Notes: generated by a model not told the origin, from the sequence alone. A stretch of DNA of 64,000 nt from an uncultured archaeon (GCA_964428495.1 CAYRXY010000002.1:87512-151511); one strand, 5' to 3'. Numbered from the stretch's first letter, positions 1-9,236 are shown. A program made the numbers and translations.

Positions 1-409
1 TAATCTTTAAACCAGGCCTCAAGATCTCTATTGCCTTTTTCAGAACCGTTTTATTTATCTCCATCATTTTCTTCTCTTCCTCTGTAGGTGTTCCTATATA
101 ATAGGTTCTTGCTGTGTCCCCTATGTATCCATTTACATGAACACCAACATCTATCTTTACCATATCTCCCTCCTTCAGTTCTGTCTCATCATTCCAATCT
201 GGCGTATAGTGTGCAGCAACATGATTTATAGAAATATTTACCGGAAATGCAATTTCAGCGCCCCTTCTTAGAATTTCGCCTTCAACCCAATCAGCTATCT
301 CAACCAATTTAGTACCTGGTTTCATTATGTTTTTACATCCATCTCTTACGTAGGCAGCAATCTTCCCAGCTTTCTTATAGCTTTCGAGAATTTCCTTATC
401 CATACTCAT
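1..409 (-). CDS. map: methionine aminopeptidase, archaeal/type 2 (N-terminal part; 3' end runs off the window)
   Basis: Own minus-strand translation from ATG at 409: MSMDKEILESYKKAGKIAAYVRDG...FPVNISINHVAAHYTPDWND...GDMVKIDVGVHVNGYIGDTARTYY. The AAHYTP and D-x-G-x-H-x-x-GY-x-x-D blocks fit the MetAP pita-bread fold. Absent from the ORF track because it is open at the window edge. Confidence 0.8.
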   Translation of the reverse strand, partial: MSMDKEILESYKKAGKIAAYVRDGCKNIMKPGTKLVEIADWVEGEILRRGAEIAFPVNISINHVAAHYTPDWNDETELKEGDMVKIDVGVHVNGYIGDTARTYYIGTPTEEEKKMMEINKTVLKKAIEILRPGLKI

Positions 410-484
410 TTAATTTCAGAGAAAAGAATTTAAATGGTGACTTATCCTTTCAACAAATTTAAGTATGACACAGAACTATTAATT

Positions 485-661
485 ATGCCTAAAAAGAGAA
501 AGAAAACGAGAAAGAAAAAATCTAAGAAAAGGAAATCTCAGGGACCGAAGAGAATGGCAGAAAAGGAGATAAAGCTCTTAGAGCAAGGATATGTACCAAA
601 GAAGACAAAGATCGGATCTGGATTTAAAGGAAAAAACAAGATTATCGTAGCAGAGGATTAA
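485..661 (+). CDS. small lysine-rich basic protein, unknown function
   Basis: ORF 434..661. The internal ATG at 485 gives MPKKRKKTRKKKSKKRKSQGPKR... (58 aa). No family recognised. The stop overlaps the stop of the convergent gene. Confidence 0.35.
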   Translation: MPKKRKKTRKKKSKKRKSQGPKRMAEKEIKLLEQGYVPKKTKIGSGFKGKNKIIVAED

Positions 662-1812
662 AACCATCCCCATTTCTTTTTCTTGTTAGCCACTTGTTTC
701 TTGTTTATTTTCTCTATTTTCTTTATGGCTAGTTTCACTTCCTCCACAGCCTTTTTGTTATTTCCTACTCCAGATGAGTTTCCAACTCCTATAATCAGGA
801 TCTTGTCATTTTTCTTGGTTTTCTTTATGAAGTACTTTACAAGTTCCATCACTCTTGGTAGAGAATTAAATATTTCTCTTTTCATAGGTATTATTGCCTC
901 TCCTGTTCCTACCTTAACACCTATTGCATCTACAGAAATTCCTTTTGGCAACAAAATATTTTCAATGATTTCTTTTTGAACATCACCACCCATAGCGAAT
1001 CCGGATCCGAACGCAACACTACCGGTTTTTTCTCCCTCTAATTTGCCCATAGCATCAATGGTTATCACTCTAGAAATCTTATACTTCCTAATTAATTTCT
1101 TAACTGCTTCGTCTATTCGGCCTAGCTCTGGACCTGGTCCACTCGCCTTAACAACAAAAACATCTCGGTCAAGAATCTTTGTTTTTCCGTATACAACACC
1201 TTCAGATATTGGTTTAGGTTTATCGATCAATGAAGCTGCAACTAACGGACCTATAGAATCTCCAACTGGCCATCCATTTAGGAATGCTTTCGTACCGTTA
1301 AATTCTGCCTGTGCAAGTCTTTCAATTATAGGAAGTTGCATTTGAAGGAGAATTGCAGCCTGAAGATTGTTAAATTTTTTAGCAGTTTCTACATAGTGTC
1401 GAACAGTTTTAGCTATATGGTGAACACCTATTGCAGCTCTAAGTCCGTAATTTATTTCCTGTTTTTCAACTTGACTTTTTTCTGGTGCAATCTCATTTAC
1501 AAAATCCTTAAATTTGGTTTCAACCATTCTAACGAGATTATCTAGTTTCTTAACTATTCCAAATGGATCTAATGAGGATGGTTCAATAGCAAAAAAATCT
1601 TGAAATAGAGCGATTCTCCCTTCTAAATTCTTAGATTTTTTTCCAACCTTTCTAACAATCATCCTTCTGGCATTAACCGAAAGCATTTCCAGACGTTGTG
1701 CAGATTGCTCTAGCTTCATAATTAGTTGCGAGAGCATTATCTTAGAGTAAAAGAACATTAGCACGAAGAATACAATGAACCATATAATATTTAATATTGT
1801 ATCTCCATTCAT
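658..1812 (-). CDS. membrane-anchored conserved archaeal protein (DUF1512-like, from memory)
   Basis: 384-aa ORF with an N-terminal TM helix (ILNIIWFIVFFVLMFFYSKIML) followed by a large soluble domain. Size and layout recall the archaea-specific DUF1512 family. No catalytic motif seen. Confidence 0.45.
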   Translation of the reverse strand: MNGDTILNIIWFIVFFVLMFFYSKIMLSQLIMKLEQSAQRLEMLSVNARRMIVRKVGKKSKNLEGRIALFQDFFAIEPSSLDPFGIVKKLDNLVRMVETKFKDFVNEIAPEKSQVEKQEINYGLRAAIGVHHIAKTVRHYVETAKKFNNLQAAILLQMQLPIIERLAQAEFNGTKAFLNGWPVGDSIGPLVAASLIDKPKPISEGVVYGKTKILDRDVFVVKASGPGPELGRIDEAVKKLIRKYKISRVITIDAMGKLEGEKTGSVAFGSGFAMGGDVQKEIIENILLPKGISVDAIGVKVGTGEAIIPMKREIFNSLPRVMELVKYFIKKTKKNDKILIIGVGNSSGVGNNKKAVEEVKLAIKKIEKINKKQVANKKKKWGWF

Positions 1813-1871
1813 ATGAACACCGTATTGTTAATTTTTATAAGGTTAGATTTAAATATATCTTATTGATTGAA

Positions 1872-2516
1872 ATGACCAATTTAAAGGTTTCAATTGGTGC
1901 ATTTATTGCTTTGATAATTGCCACATTAGGTATGCTCAGCGGTTCTCTAGAACGTTTTGGTATTCCAGTTGGGGATTATTTCGAAGACTTAAGAGATAAA
2001 TTTTCAGGAATTTTTGAGGGAGAATTTCAAGAAGGCTCACTTAAAATTGATCTTACAGGAGATATTGATAGCTTTAAAATAAGTCCTACTGGAACAATCA
2101 ATATAACAATCGAATCAAAATATTCAAACTTGTCAATAAATGACATAGTCTTCAATGTGACCAATTCCTCATTGAGAATAGTAAACTTTCAAGGCTCTCT
2201 CTTATATTCAAATAATACGATACTGTTAGATGGAAAGTTTGGATCTCTTAAGGTTGGTTCAATAAGTAGCACTGGGGTTGATAAATCCTTGAAAGTAGTA
2301 TCATCAATAGAAAATGTAAGTATAGAAGATCTAAGAATTTCTTCTCTGAGTCTAAAAGACGTTAGCGGTGACCTAGAAGCAGGTAATATGAGCATAAAGG
2401 TCTCAAACGAAAACATTAGAATAGGTTCATTAGATGGAAAAGTGAAGATAAGTAATAAAGACGAAATAATTGGAACCTGTTCGGAAATAAGAGTAGGAAA
2501 TAGATTAATAAAGTGA
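1872..2516 (+). CDS. membrane-anchored extracytoplasmic beta-rich protein with many N-glycosylation sequons
   Basis: ORF 1797..2516. The start is better placed at ATG 1872 (MTNLKVSIGAFIALIIATLGML), because 1797 overlaps the divergent gene and a TTTAAATAT box lies at about 1848. Sequons present: NLS, NVT, NSS, NNT, NVS, NMS. Confidence 0.5.
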   Translation: MTNLKVSIGAFIALIIATLGMLSGSLERFGIPVGDYFEDLRDKFSGIFEGEFQEGSLKIDLTGDIDSFKISPTGTINITIESKYSNLSINDIVFNVTNSSLRIVNFQGSLLYSNNTILLDGKFGSLKVGSISSTGVDKSLKVVSSIENVSIEDLRISSLSLKDVSGDLEAGNMSIKVSNENIRIGSLDGKVKISNKDEIIGTCSEIRVGNRLIK

Positions 2517-2520
2517 TTAT

Positions 2521-3174
2521 ATGAAAACTACTAGTTTGAAAAAAATATATATCATAGCAGGCTTAGCTACTGTTTTACTTTACGTGGTGGGTATTTTCAC
2601 TGGTTTCTTCCTTTATAAGTCCACTATGGGTGAAACAAGACAGGAGTTAGAAGAACTAAAGAGAGATGTAGAAAATCTGCAGTTGGAAAACATGTATTTA
2701 ACAGCAAATCAGGGAAATATAAGTTGTAAGTTTATAGCAACTGCAATGAAAAATTTAGAGGACGAACTTTCATATTTTTGGAAAAGATTGCCACAAAAAC
2801 TAGAGATTTATGAAAAGTACAATAAGGAAGATCCGGAATATATAAAATTGAAAAAAGATTATATGCTTCTATCTATAAGAGCTTGGATGCTTTCCTTGGC
2901 AATAAAGGAAAAATGCAGTAAAGATGTCATACCCATACTATATTTCTATTCTAAAGATTGTGACAAATGCATAGATCAGGGATATGTTCTCGATAACATA
3001 AGAAAGGATCCGAGGGTTATGGTTTATACAATAGACTACAATCTTGATGAACCTATTATAAATATCATAAAAGAGGCCTATAGTGTTCACGAAGTTCCGT
3101 CTCTTATTATAGATAATCAATTGATTTCTGGATTTATCAACCAGATCGAGCTTGAAGGAAAATATCTGAAGTGA
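2521..3174 (+). CDS. membrane-anchored thioredoxin-fold protein with a CxxC motif
   Basis: 217 aa with an N-terminal TM helix and a coiled-coil segment (ELEELKRDVENLQLEN). It then has YFYSKDCDKCIDQ (CxxC) and a C-terminal VPSLII segment in the position of the thioredoxin cis-Pro loop. It starts 5 nt after the previous gene. Confidence 0.55.
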   Translation: MKTTSLKKIYIIAGLATVLLYVVGIFTGFFLYKSTMGETRQELEELKRDVENLQLENMYLTANQGNISCKFIATAMKNLEDELSYFWKRLPQKLEIYEKYNKEDPEYIKLKKDYMLLSIRAWMLSLAIKEKCSKDVIPILYFYSKDCDKCIDQGYVLDNIRKDPRVMVYTIDYNLDEPIINIIKEAYSVHEVPSLIIDNQLISGFINQIELEGKYLK

Positions 3175-3468
3175 TTATTTCTTTCGTTTTTCAAATGTCT
3201 TCCCTATAAAGCTACTTATCTTCCATAAAAATTTGAAGTGTCGATAAGTTATGTAAAGACCTATTCCCAGACCAACAAAAAATGTAATTGTCTGCTGGTT
3301 TACTTCTATATTAAAACCAAAAAATTTTATGAAGAAGGGAAATAAAGCTGAAATTATTCCTGTGATTATTAATCCTTTGATGAATTTGAATAACTCATTT
3401 ATTATAAGAACAAAGAGGACAAAAACTATAATCACCATCAAGAAAGATCCCAAACCGAGTCCAAACAT
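3175..3468 (-). CDS. small 3-TM membrane protein
   Basis: 97-aa hydrophobic ORF lying 2 nt downstream of the PHP gene on the same strand. Confidence 0.5.
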   Translation of the reverse strand: MFGLGLGSFLMVIIVFVLFVLIINELFKFIKGLIITGIISALFPFFIKFFGFNIEVNQQTITFFVGLGIGLYITYRHFKFLWKISSFIGKTFEKRKK

Positions 3469-3470
3469 TC

Positions 3471-4307
3471 TTACCTCCTTAGTATAATATTTCTAAAGAT
3501 ACTATAAGTCATTATTCCTCCCAGAAATAAGTAGGCAAGACCTCTGAAAATGTAATCAATATGCCCTGGACTGTGGTTAACAAGCTTGATTAATCTTTTA
3601 GCTATTACTCTTTTAGGCCACCTATAATTTATGTCCATGTAGTTTAGAAGATAGTAATAGGAATATTTTAGCCTCCTAATTGCCCATTCGGTGAGAATAC
3701 TCATTTCTAAGTATTTTGTTCTAAGCTTAGTTCTCCCATTCTTTATCTCTTTTAAACATCCATCTACATTCGTACATCTTATTTCCGTCAAGCCATGCCC
3801 CATCATTGGAAGCCAATGCGCATCACTTCCTGCCGTTTTTGGTTTGTGATATAATTCAGCGAGTTTATTTGCTCTAAGATTAGCAGTTCTATCAACATTT
3901 ATTGCGTTGAACACCTCTATAGCATCACAGTACTTTGCAGAGTCACCTATTCCTTTCCTTCTAAAGTCATATGGATGTGCTGCAATAGCAATTCCACCCT
4001 GATCATGTATCTTTTCTATTGTTTCTATGACGGAGAGTCCAGGCTTTATTCTTTCTTGAATTCCTAGAGCAAGTATGTGTCCCTTTTCTGATGTAACCTC
4101 CTCACCTGGTATGAAGATTATTCCATACTTTTTTGCGTATTTTTTGGCATCTCTATGACCCCTTATTGTATCGTGATCTGTTAGAGCAAGGATTCCTATT
4201 CCAAGTTTCTTTGCATGGGCCATTATCTCCTTCAGTGTATTAAATCCTTCAGCCTTTATCGTCGAACCAGTTGAATAGATAGAATGGCAGTGGAGTTCTG
4301 CGAGCAT
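3471..4307 (-). CDS. PHP-domain metal-dependent phosphoesterase with a C-terminal membrane anchor
   Basis: MLAELHCHSIYS (HxH motif), LTDHDT, AAHPYD and GSDAHW are typical PHP metal ligands. The tail LAYLFLGGIMTYSIF is hydrophobic. Confidence 0.75.
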   Translation of the reverse strand: MLAELHCHSIYSTGSTIKAEGFNTLKEIMAHAKKLGIGILALTDHDTIRGHRDAKKYAKKYGIIFIPGEEVTSEKGHILALGIQERIKPGLSVIETIEKIHDQGGIAIAAHPYDFRRKGIGDSAKYCDAIEVFNAINVDRTANLRANKLAELYHKPKTAGSDAHWLPMMGHGLTEIRCTNVDGCLKEIKNGRTKLRTKYLEMSILTEWAIRRLKYSYYYLLNYMDINYRWPKRVIAKRLIKLVNHSPGHIDYIFRGLAYLFLGGIMTYSIFRNIILRR

Positions 4308-4386
4308 TTAAGCACCTCAAATTTAAAATTAGATTGTCGTGATATTATTTAAATCATTCGATTCAAAAGTATTTTAGTGATGTAAA

Positions 4387-5673
4387 ATGGAGATTTACCA
4401 AATAAGTTTTATTTTATTTCAAACATTTATGATACCTGTAATATTCTTCTCATTGATATTCTACTTTGTCTCTATAGGAAGTCTCTTCATAAAGAATCCA
4501 AAGTTTAGATTCAAACTAAAAAAATTCAAGTGGCCATTTGTAACAATTCAAATACCTGTATACAACGATCCCGTAGCTGCAAGATGTATAGAGACATGTA
4601 TGAAACTTGACTATCCAAAAAATAGGTATGAAGTGATTGTAGCAGATGACAGTACTGATGAAAAAACGAGAGAAATACTGGATAAGTATGCTAAAAAGTA
4701 TCCTATAAAATTGATAAGAAGGGGCAATAGGAAAGGTTTCAAGGCAGGTGCATTAAACAATGCTTTGAAATATTCTAAGGGAGAAATCGTTACAGTTTTT
4801 GATGCAGATTTTGTGCCTCCTAAGAATTTCTTAAAAGAAGTTGTAAAACCATTTTTAGTGGATGAAAGAATTGCAATTGTCCAAACAAGAATGGGTTTCT
4901 TGAATTACGATCAAAATATAATAACAAGATTTGCAGCATCCCTTCTTGCCGCTTATCATCATTGTTGGTTACCTTTGTTTAACAAAGTAAATTCTGTTTT
5001 CTTCTGCGGAACTCACGGAGCTATAAGAAGATCTGTATTGGAAGAGGTGGGAGGATGGAATGAAGAAAATCTTACAGAGGACGCTGATTTAAGTGTTAAG
5101 ATATTAGATAAAGGCTACAAGAACATTTATCTTTCTGATATGAAAGTTCCAGGCGAAGTCCCGTTTACACTTAGCGGATTCATAAAACAACAGTCTCGAT
5201 GGGTATACGGACAAACTCAGACATTTATGGGAAATTGGAAAAGAATTCTATTTAGCAAAACATTAAAATTATCGCAAAAACTATCTATATTTTTCGTAAC
5301 GTTCGGAGGAATAACGGCACCATTTGTCATAGGCATGACATTCTTTGGCCAAGTTGCACTTTTCACGGCACCACCTAAACCCGTAGGATTTATTGATATG
5401 TTAAATTTTGTAAAGAATTTTATTATAACCATGGGTTTCTTATTTATGATTTGGGTTGCAGTATTTTTGAAAAAAGGAGTTATAAGTACTAAAAAAATGA
5501 AGGTATGGAAGCTTATGCTCTCATCTATTCCACTAGGACTTTATCTTGCATTCTTCAACATGATTGCATTCTTTAAGGGTATTTTTGGTGTTCCAATGAT
5601 ATGGCATTTAACACCAAAGTGGGGCAGCATAAGCATCTTAGAGAAGTTTAAGAGTCTATTCTACTGGAGATAA
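4387..5673 (+). CDS. family-2 glycosyltransferase, processive synthase type (CesA/PgaC/NodC-like)
   Basis: Motifs VADDSTD, VFDADFVPP, LTEDADLS (TED) and KQQSRWVYG (QxxRW). The catalytic domain is flanked by N- and C-terminal TM helices. Confidence 0.8.
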   Translation: MEIYQISFILFQTFMIPVIFFSLIFYFVSIGSLFIKNPKFRFKLKKFKWPFVTIQIPVYNDPVAARCIETCMKLDYPKNRYEVIVADDSTDEKTREILDKYAKKYPIKLIRRGNRKGFKAGALNNALKYSKGEIVTVFDADFVPPKNFLKEVVKPFLVDERIAIVQTRMGFLNYDQNIITRFAASLLAAYHHCWLPLFNKVNSVFFCGTHGAIRRSVLEEVGGWNEENLTEDADLSVKILDKGYKNIYLSDMKVPGEVPFTLSGFIKQQSRWVYGQTQTFMGNWKRILFSKTLKLSQKLSIFFVTFGGITAPFVIGMTFFGQVALFTAPPKPVGFIDMLNFVKNFIITMGFLFMIWVAVFLKKGVISTKKMKVWKLMLSSIPLGLYLAFFNMIAFFKGIFGVPMIWHLTPKWGSISILEKFKSLFYWR

Positions 5674-7020
5674 TCAATAATTTCTCAGACAAATTCTATA
5701 ATATCCATTATCGTAGATTTCCGTATAATTTCCGCACGAACCTTTTGTAAGGATTGTGGTAATGTTCCATTTCTCAGCAATAGAAAGATTATTATTTTCT
5801 GAAAAATTTATTGCATCTATCAATTGTTGTTCATTTGCATATTCAACATAAAGATCTGCAAGTACTGGTTTACCGGCTATAAATGTTGTAGCATGTCCAA
5901 GAAGTGGATCTTCTAAAACACCATTAGGCATATTTCTCAATTCCTTGATTGCTGTTAGACATTCCGAATTGATATATCCATCTACACACGGAGTGATATA
6001 TCCACCGAGTCGATAGATGAGAATAGAAAAGTTTAAAATAATTAATAAAATTAAGAGTAGTTGAACCTTTTTATTGTCAAAGAGTGTGGCAACGAGAAAA
6101 CCACCTAATATTGATACTATAATGTTAACACGAAATGTTATAGTGAATAGAGAGATTAAACCGATAATGATAAATAAGGAAAGGTATCGTGTTTTTCTGA
6201 AAAAAAGACCCGCTATGGAGGATAGAATTAAGACTGGGGCTAGAAGAAAATACTCATCATAAATGTATTGATATCCCCAATGAAGAAGCCAACCCCATTT
6301 CTGAGGAAGGGCTTCTGTGAGTTTTCCATAATTTTCCAAGATTGGTGAGTAAAGAATAATCAATATAGAAAGTGCTATCAAGATTATAATAAATCCTCTT
6401 TCCAATTCTCTCCAAAACTCCTTAGAATCCTTTATGTCCTTTAATTTTATTACACCATAAATTATTGGAAATGCAATAATGGAGAATGCATGTACAATAG
6501 TTGATGCACCTAATAAAATGCCAACTATAAACTCTCGGTATTTTATTTTAGAGAATGCAAAACCTAGAGAAAATGTAAGAAGTGCTAGAGAGAGAACATG
6601 AAGCAAATGTGCTGACATCAATGTAAATATGAATGTAGTAGCCACTAGAAACAATACAAAAATTATTAATCGAAGTCCCTTTAACCCAAGAGTTTTACCT
6701 AAAAATATCATACCTAATACGAAAGAAATGTTAATAAAGGTCTCGAACAACCAATTCCCGATCGAACCATAATCTAATCCCATCAACCATAAAAATAATG
6801 ACTTAGCTGCAAAGTATCCAGGAAGATAGGTCATCGGTCTTCCCATATAGCTTAACTCATCATATTTAGGAATCTCATCACTATAGAAGGTTTCTCTTAC
6901 CTGCCTTTCATAATATACATTCCAAAGTGTATTCTGAGTTTGGTATATAAGCTTAGGTATATTAGTTACCACCAAAGTTATAATTAATAGTATGATCAAT
7001 ACCTTAATTTCATCACGCAT
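5674..7020 (-). CDS. polytopic membrane protein with a C-terminal extracytoplasmic domain (possible GT-C-type glycosyltransferase)
   Basis: 448 aa with about 11 hydrophobic helices. It has an early acidic loop (YSDEIPKYDELSYMGRPMTYLPGY) and a Cys-containing soluble tail. The GT-C assignment is inference only. Confidence 0.4.
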   Translation of the reverse strand: MRDEIKVLIILLIITLVVTNIPKLIYQTQNTLWNVYYERQVRETFYSDEIPKYDELSYMGRPMTYLPGYFAAKSLFLWLMGLDYGSIGNWLFETFINISFVLGMIFLGKTLGLKGLRLIIFVLFLVATTFIFTLMSAHLLHVLSLALLTFSLGFAFSKIKYREFIVGILLGASTIVHAFSIIAFPIIYGVIKLKDIKDSKEFWRELERGFIIILIALSILIILYSPILENYGKLTEALPQKWGWLLHWGYQYIYDEYFLLAPVLILSSIAGLFFRKTRYLSLFIIIGLISLFTITFRVNIIVSILGGFLVATLFDNKKVQLLLILLIILNFSILIYRLGGYITPCVDGYINSECLTAIKELRNMPNGVLEDPLLGHATTFIAGKPVLADLYVEYANEQQLIDAINFSENNNLSIAEKWNITTILTKGSCGNYTEIYDNGYYRICLRNY

Positions 7021-7859
7021 ATCATCACCAATACAATTCCTATCAAAAAGCTTGGAATGAATAACTGAATATTAAAGAGAGAAATGATTAATGGAATCAA
7101 AACTAAAAATGCGAGCGTAATAGCAAATAGTTCTACCGAACCATAAAACAAATCCTTCTTAATAAATAAAAGTAAGAGTGCTAAAAATATAATAAGACCA
7201 ATAGGGATCTTCCATTCTAGCCGTTCAGATGTTACATTCACCGTTCGAGTTACTTCTTCTCCATCAAACACGACTTTAACAGAATGCTTTCCATCATTTA
7301 GAAATCTTATAGGATAAGTAATTGTTTTTTCTTGAAATGGCTTCATTTTAACAGGAATTTCTGCAAGCATTGAATTGTCTAAAAATATTTTGATTCTGTA
7401 AACTCTTCCATGACATCTACCGTTAAATACTGTTATGTTTAGTGGATACTTACCATACTTTTCTACATCTATTGGAATCTTAATATCAAGATAATTCTCA
7501 ACGTTATGCGGGCAATTCAAATTTCTTTCATAGTTTACAAAGAAGGATACAGACTTATTATCTACTTTTATAGTGATCTTAGAATCCGATGAAATATTTA
7601 GACATATTACTTTCTTGTTAGTTTTTTCTATTAGCTCATTATTAAGAAAAATGTATACTTCCTTATCTAGAGGATAACTGTATGAAAAACATGTTGTCCC
7701 ATTCGTTAAATAATCCCATTCTAAGAGTTTTAACTCATAAATCGTTGGATTATAAAAACCCCTTAGTCCAGCATGTTGAATATGAGGAGCTATAATCCAT
7801 ACTATGAATAACAAAGAGAGTAAAATTATTGTGTATTCCAACGTGTTCTTCATAATCAA
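6996..7859 (-). CDS. membrane protein with an N-terminal anchor, extracytoplasmic domain and C-terminal TM pair
   Basis: 287-aa ORF that overlaps the downstream gene by 25 nt, implying an operon. No family recognised. Confidence 0.45.
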   Translation of the reverse strand: MIMKNTLEYTIILLSLLFIVWIIAPHIQHAGLRGFYNPTIYELKLLEWDYLTNGTTCFSYSYPLDKEVYIFLNNELIEKTNKKVICLNISSDSKITIKVDNKSVSFFVNYERNLNCPHNVENYLDIKIPIDVEKYGKYPLNITVFNGRCHGRVYRIKIFLDNSMLAEIPVKMKPFQEKTITYPIRFLNDGKHSVKVVFDGEEVTRTVNVTSERLEWKIPIGLIIFLALLLLFIKKDLFYGSVELFAITLAFLVLIPLIISLFNIQLFIPSFLIGIVLVMICVMKLRY

Positions 7860-7966
7860 TCCTCAAGAATTAAAAGCTTAAATTAGTAGCTCATGTCACA
7901 TCTAAGCTGTATTTTATATCTTTAAGGAAATAGTATTCTAAAGAATTCTCGCCGATCTTAGAAATA

Positions 7967-8155
7967 TCAATGTTTCCTCTCATCAGAAAGTGTTCCCTTC
8001 CATCGCCAGCTCTCTTTTCGTATTTTTGAAGAACGGCCAAAACCACAATGAGCACAAATCCCCGTATGGATGTTAAAAGAATGATGTCCACATCTTCTAC
8101 ATCGTATATGTGTTATTTTATTTCGCTTACCTAAAGCCTTTGAAGTCGTAGGCAT
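7967..8155 (-). CDS. rpl37e: 50S ribosomal protein L37e (eL37)
   Basis: 62 aa: [19 protein letters not shown]...CAHCGFG, the eL37 zinc ribbon and basic N-terminus. It lies upstream of LSm, as is common in archaea. Confidence 0.9.
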   Translation of the reverse strand: MPTTSKALGKRNKITHIRCRRCGHHSFNIHTGICAHCGFGRSSKIRKESWRWKGTLSDERKH

Positions 8156-8200
8156 AACTCATCAAACCTCTTCAATTTTACAAAAAACATTCAAAATTTT

Positions 8201-8425
8201 TTACTGTGGAGCAACGTAAAGTACATTATCGCCTCTGACTAATACAGTTCCAAGTTTTATCTTTTCCGTTTCCGTTATCTGTTCTGCATCTTCTAACCAC
8301 ATGTTCAAGTGTAGATCCATTGCTTGTAAAATTCCTGATATTTCCATTTTGTTTTTTAGTCGAATCAAAACTCTTTTACCTTTTGCGTTGTTCAACACAT
8401 CTATTGGTCTATCCAATCTCAACAC
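8201..8425 (-). CDS. Sm-like (LSm/SmAP) RNA-binding protein
   Basis: 74 aa with a GTG start. Sm1/Sm2 pattern: GKRVLIRLKNKMEISGILQAMDLHLNMWLEDAE...VLVRGDNVLYV. Confidence 0.85.
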   Translation of the reverse strand: MLRLDRPIDVLNNAKGKRVLIRLKNKMEISGILQAMDLHLNMWLEDAEQITETEKIKLGTVLVRGDNVLYVAPQ

Positions 8426-8532
8426 CTCTTCAAAAATTTAAAATTTTAAATTAATTTATCTTTTAATTATCTTATTCGAAAAGTATTTAAATCAATTAAG
8501 AAATAATTGAGTTGTTGATTATTGGTGATTGA

Positions 8533-8916
8533 ATGGTTCAATGGCACTTGAGATCAAAGAGAAAACCTACGGGGGGTATGTTAAAGAAAAATAGAAAGAA
8601 AAAGAAGATAGATAGAGGTAGAGACTTTCTACCTGCAACTATAGGAGAAAGGAAATTAAAGAAAGTTAGAGTTAGAGGAGGTGGTGTGAAGCTCGTTCTC
8701 TTGAGTGATCAGTATGCTAATGTAGTTGTAGATGATAAACCTAAGAAAGTAAAAATTCTAGAAGTCGTTAAAAATCCTGCAAACTCACAATTTGAAAGAC
8801 ATAACATAATAACAAAAGGTGCGATAATAAAGACTGAGCTTGGAGATGCTAGAGTTACATCAAGACCAGGACAGAATGGTATAATAAACGCTGTTCTTAT
8901 AGAGAAAAAATCATAA
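8533..8916 (+). CDS. rps8e: 30S ribosomal protein S8e (eS8)
   Basis: MVQWHLRSKRKPTGG...VRVRGGGVKLVLL...NPANSQFERHNIITKGAII...VTSRPGQNGIINAVL matches the eS8 consensus. Confidence 0.9.
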   Translation: MVQWHLRSKRKPTGGMLKKNRKKKKIDRGRDFLPATIGERKLKKVRVRGGGVKLVLLSDQYANVVVDDKPKKVKILEVVKNPANSQFERHNIITKGAIIKTELGDARVTSRPGQNGIINAVLIEKKS

Positions 8917-9186
8917 AATATATGTAAGAATTAGTAGCAGAACTAGGATTGCCGATCCTGTTATAATAACTTTTAATGAGTTTATTCCAAATTTCGTAAA
9001 TCCAATTAGAACTATAGCTACTATAAAACTCATTGTAAGAACAGAAAATATAGAATTCTCTGGAATCGAAAAACCTATCATGAGAATGAGAGCAACATCA
9101 CGCCATATTACCTGAAGTGTAGATATGGTATTCGTTACTATAATATAAACTATATGAAGAAGTATAGCTAGCACTTCATTTACCAT
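8911..9186 (-). CDS. small 3-TM membrane protein
   Basis: 91-aa hydrophobic ORF. No family recognised. Confidence 0.4.
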   Translation of the reverse strand: MVNEVLAILLHIVYIIVTNTISTLQVIWRDVALILMIGFSIPENSIFSVLTMSFIVAIVLIGFTKFGINSLKVIITGSAILVLLLILTYIL

Positions 9187-9236
9187 AATATTTTTTTCCT
9201 AGGAATTATTAAAACTTTTTAAGATTTACCAAAGGA

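Noticed and set aside
683-1545. Plus-strand ORFs 683..979, 1043..1345 and 1336..1545 inside the 658..1812 gene
   Set aside because: They are antisense shadow ORFs of a longer, better-supported minus-strand gene. They have low-complexity or hydrophobic translations and no motifs.
7891-8091. 66-aa ORF overlapping rpl37e in another frame
   Set aside because: The overlapping frame 7967..8155 encodes an unmistakable eL37 zinc-ribbon protein, so the alternative frame is spurious.
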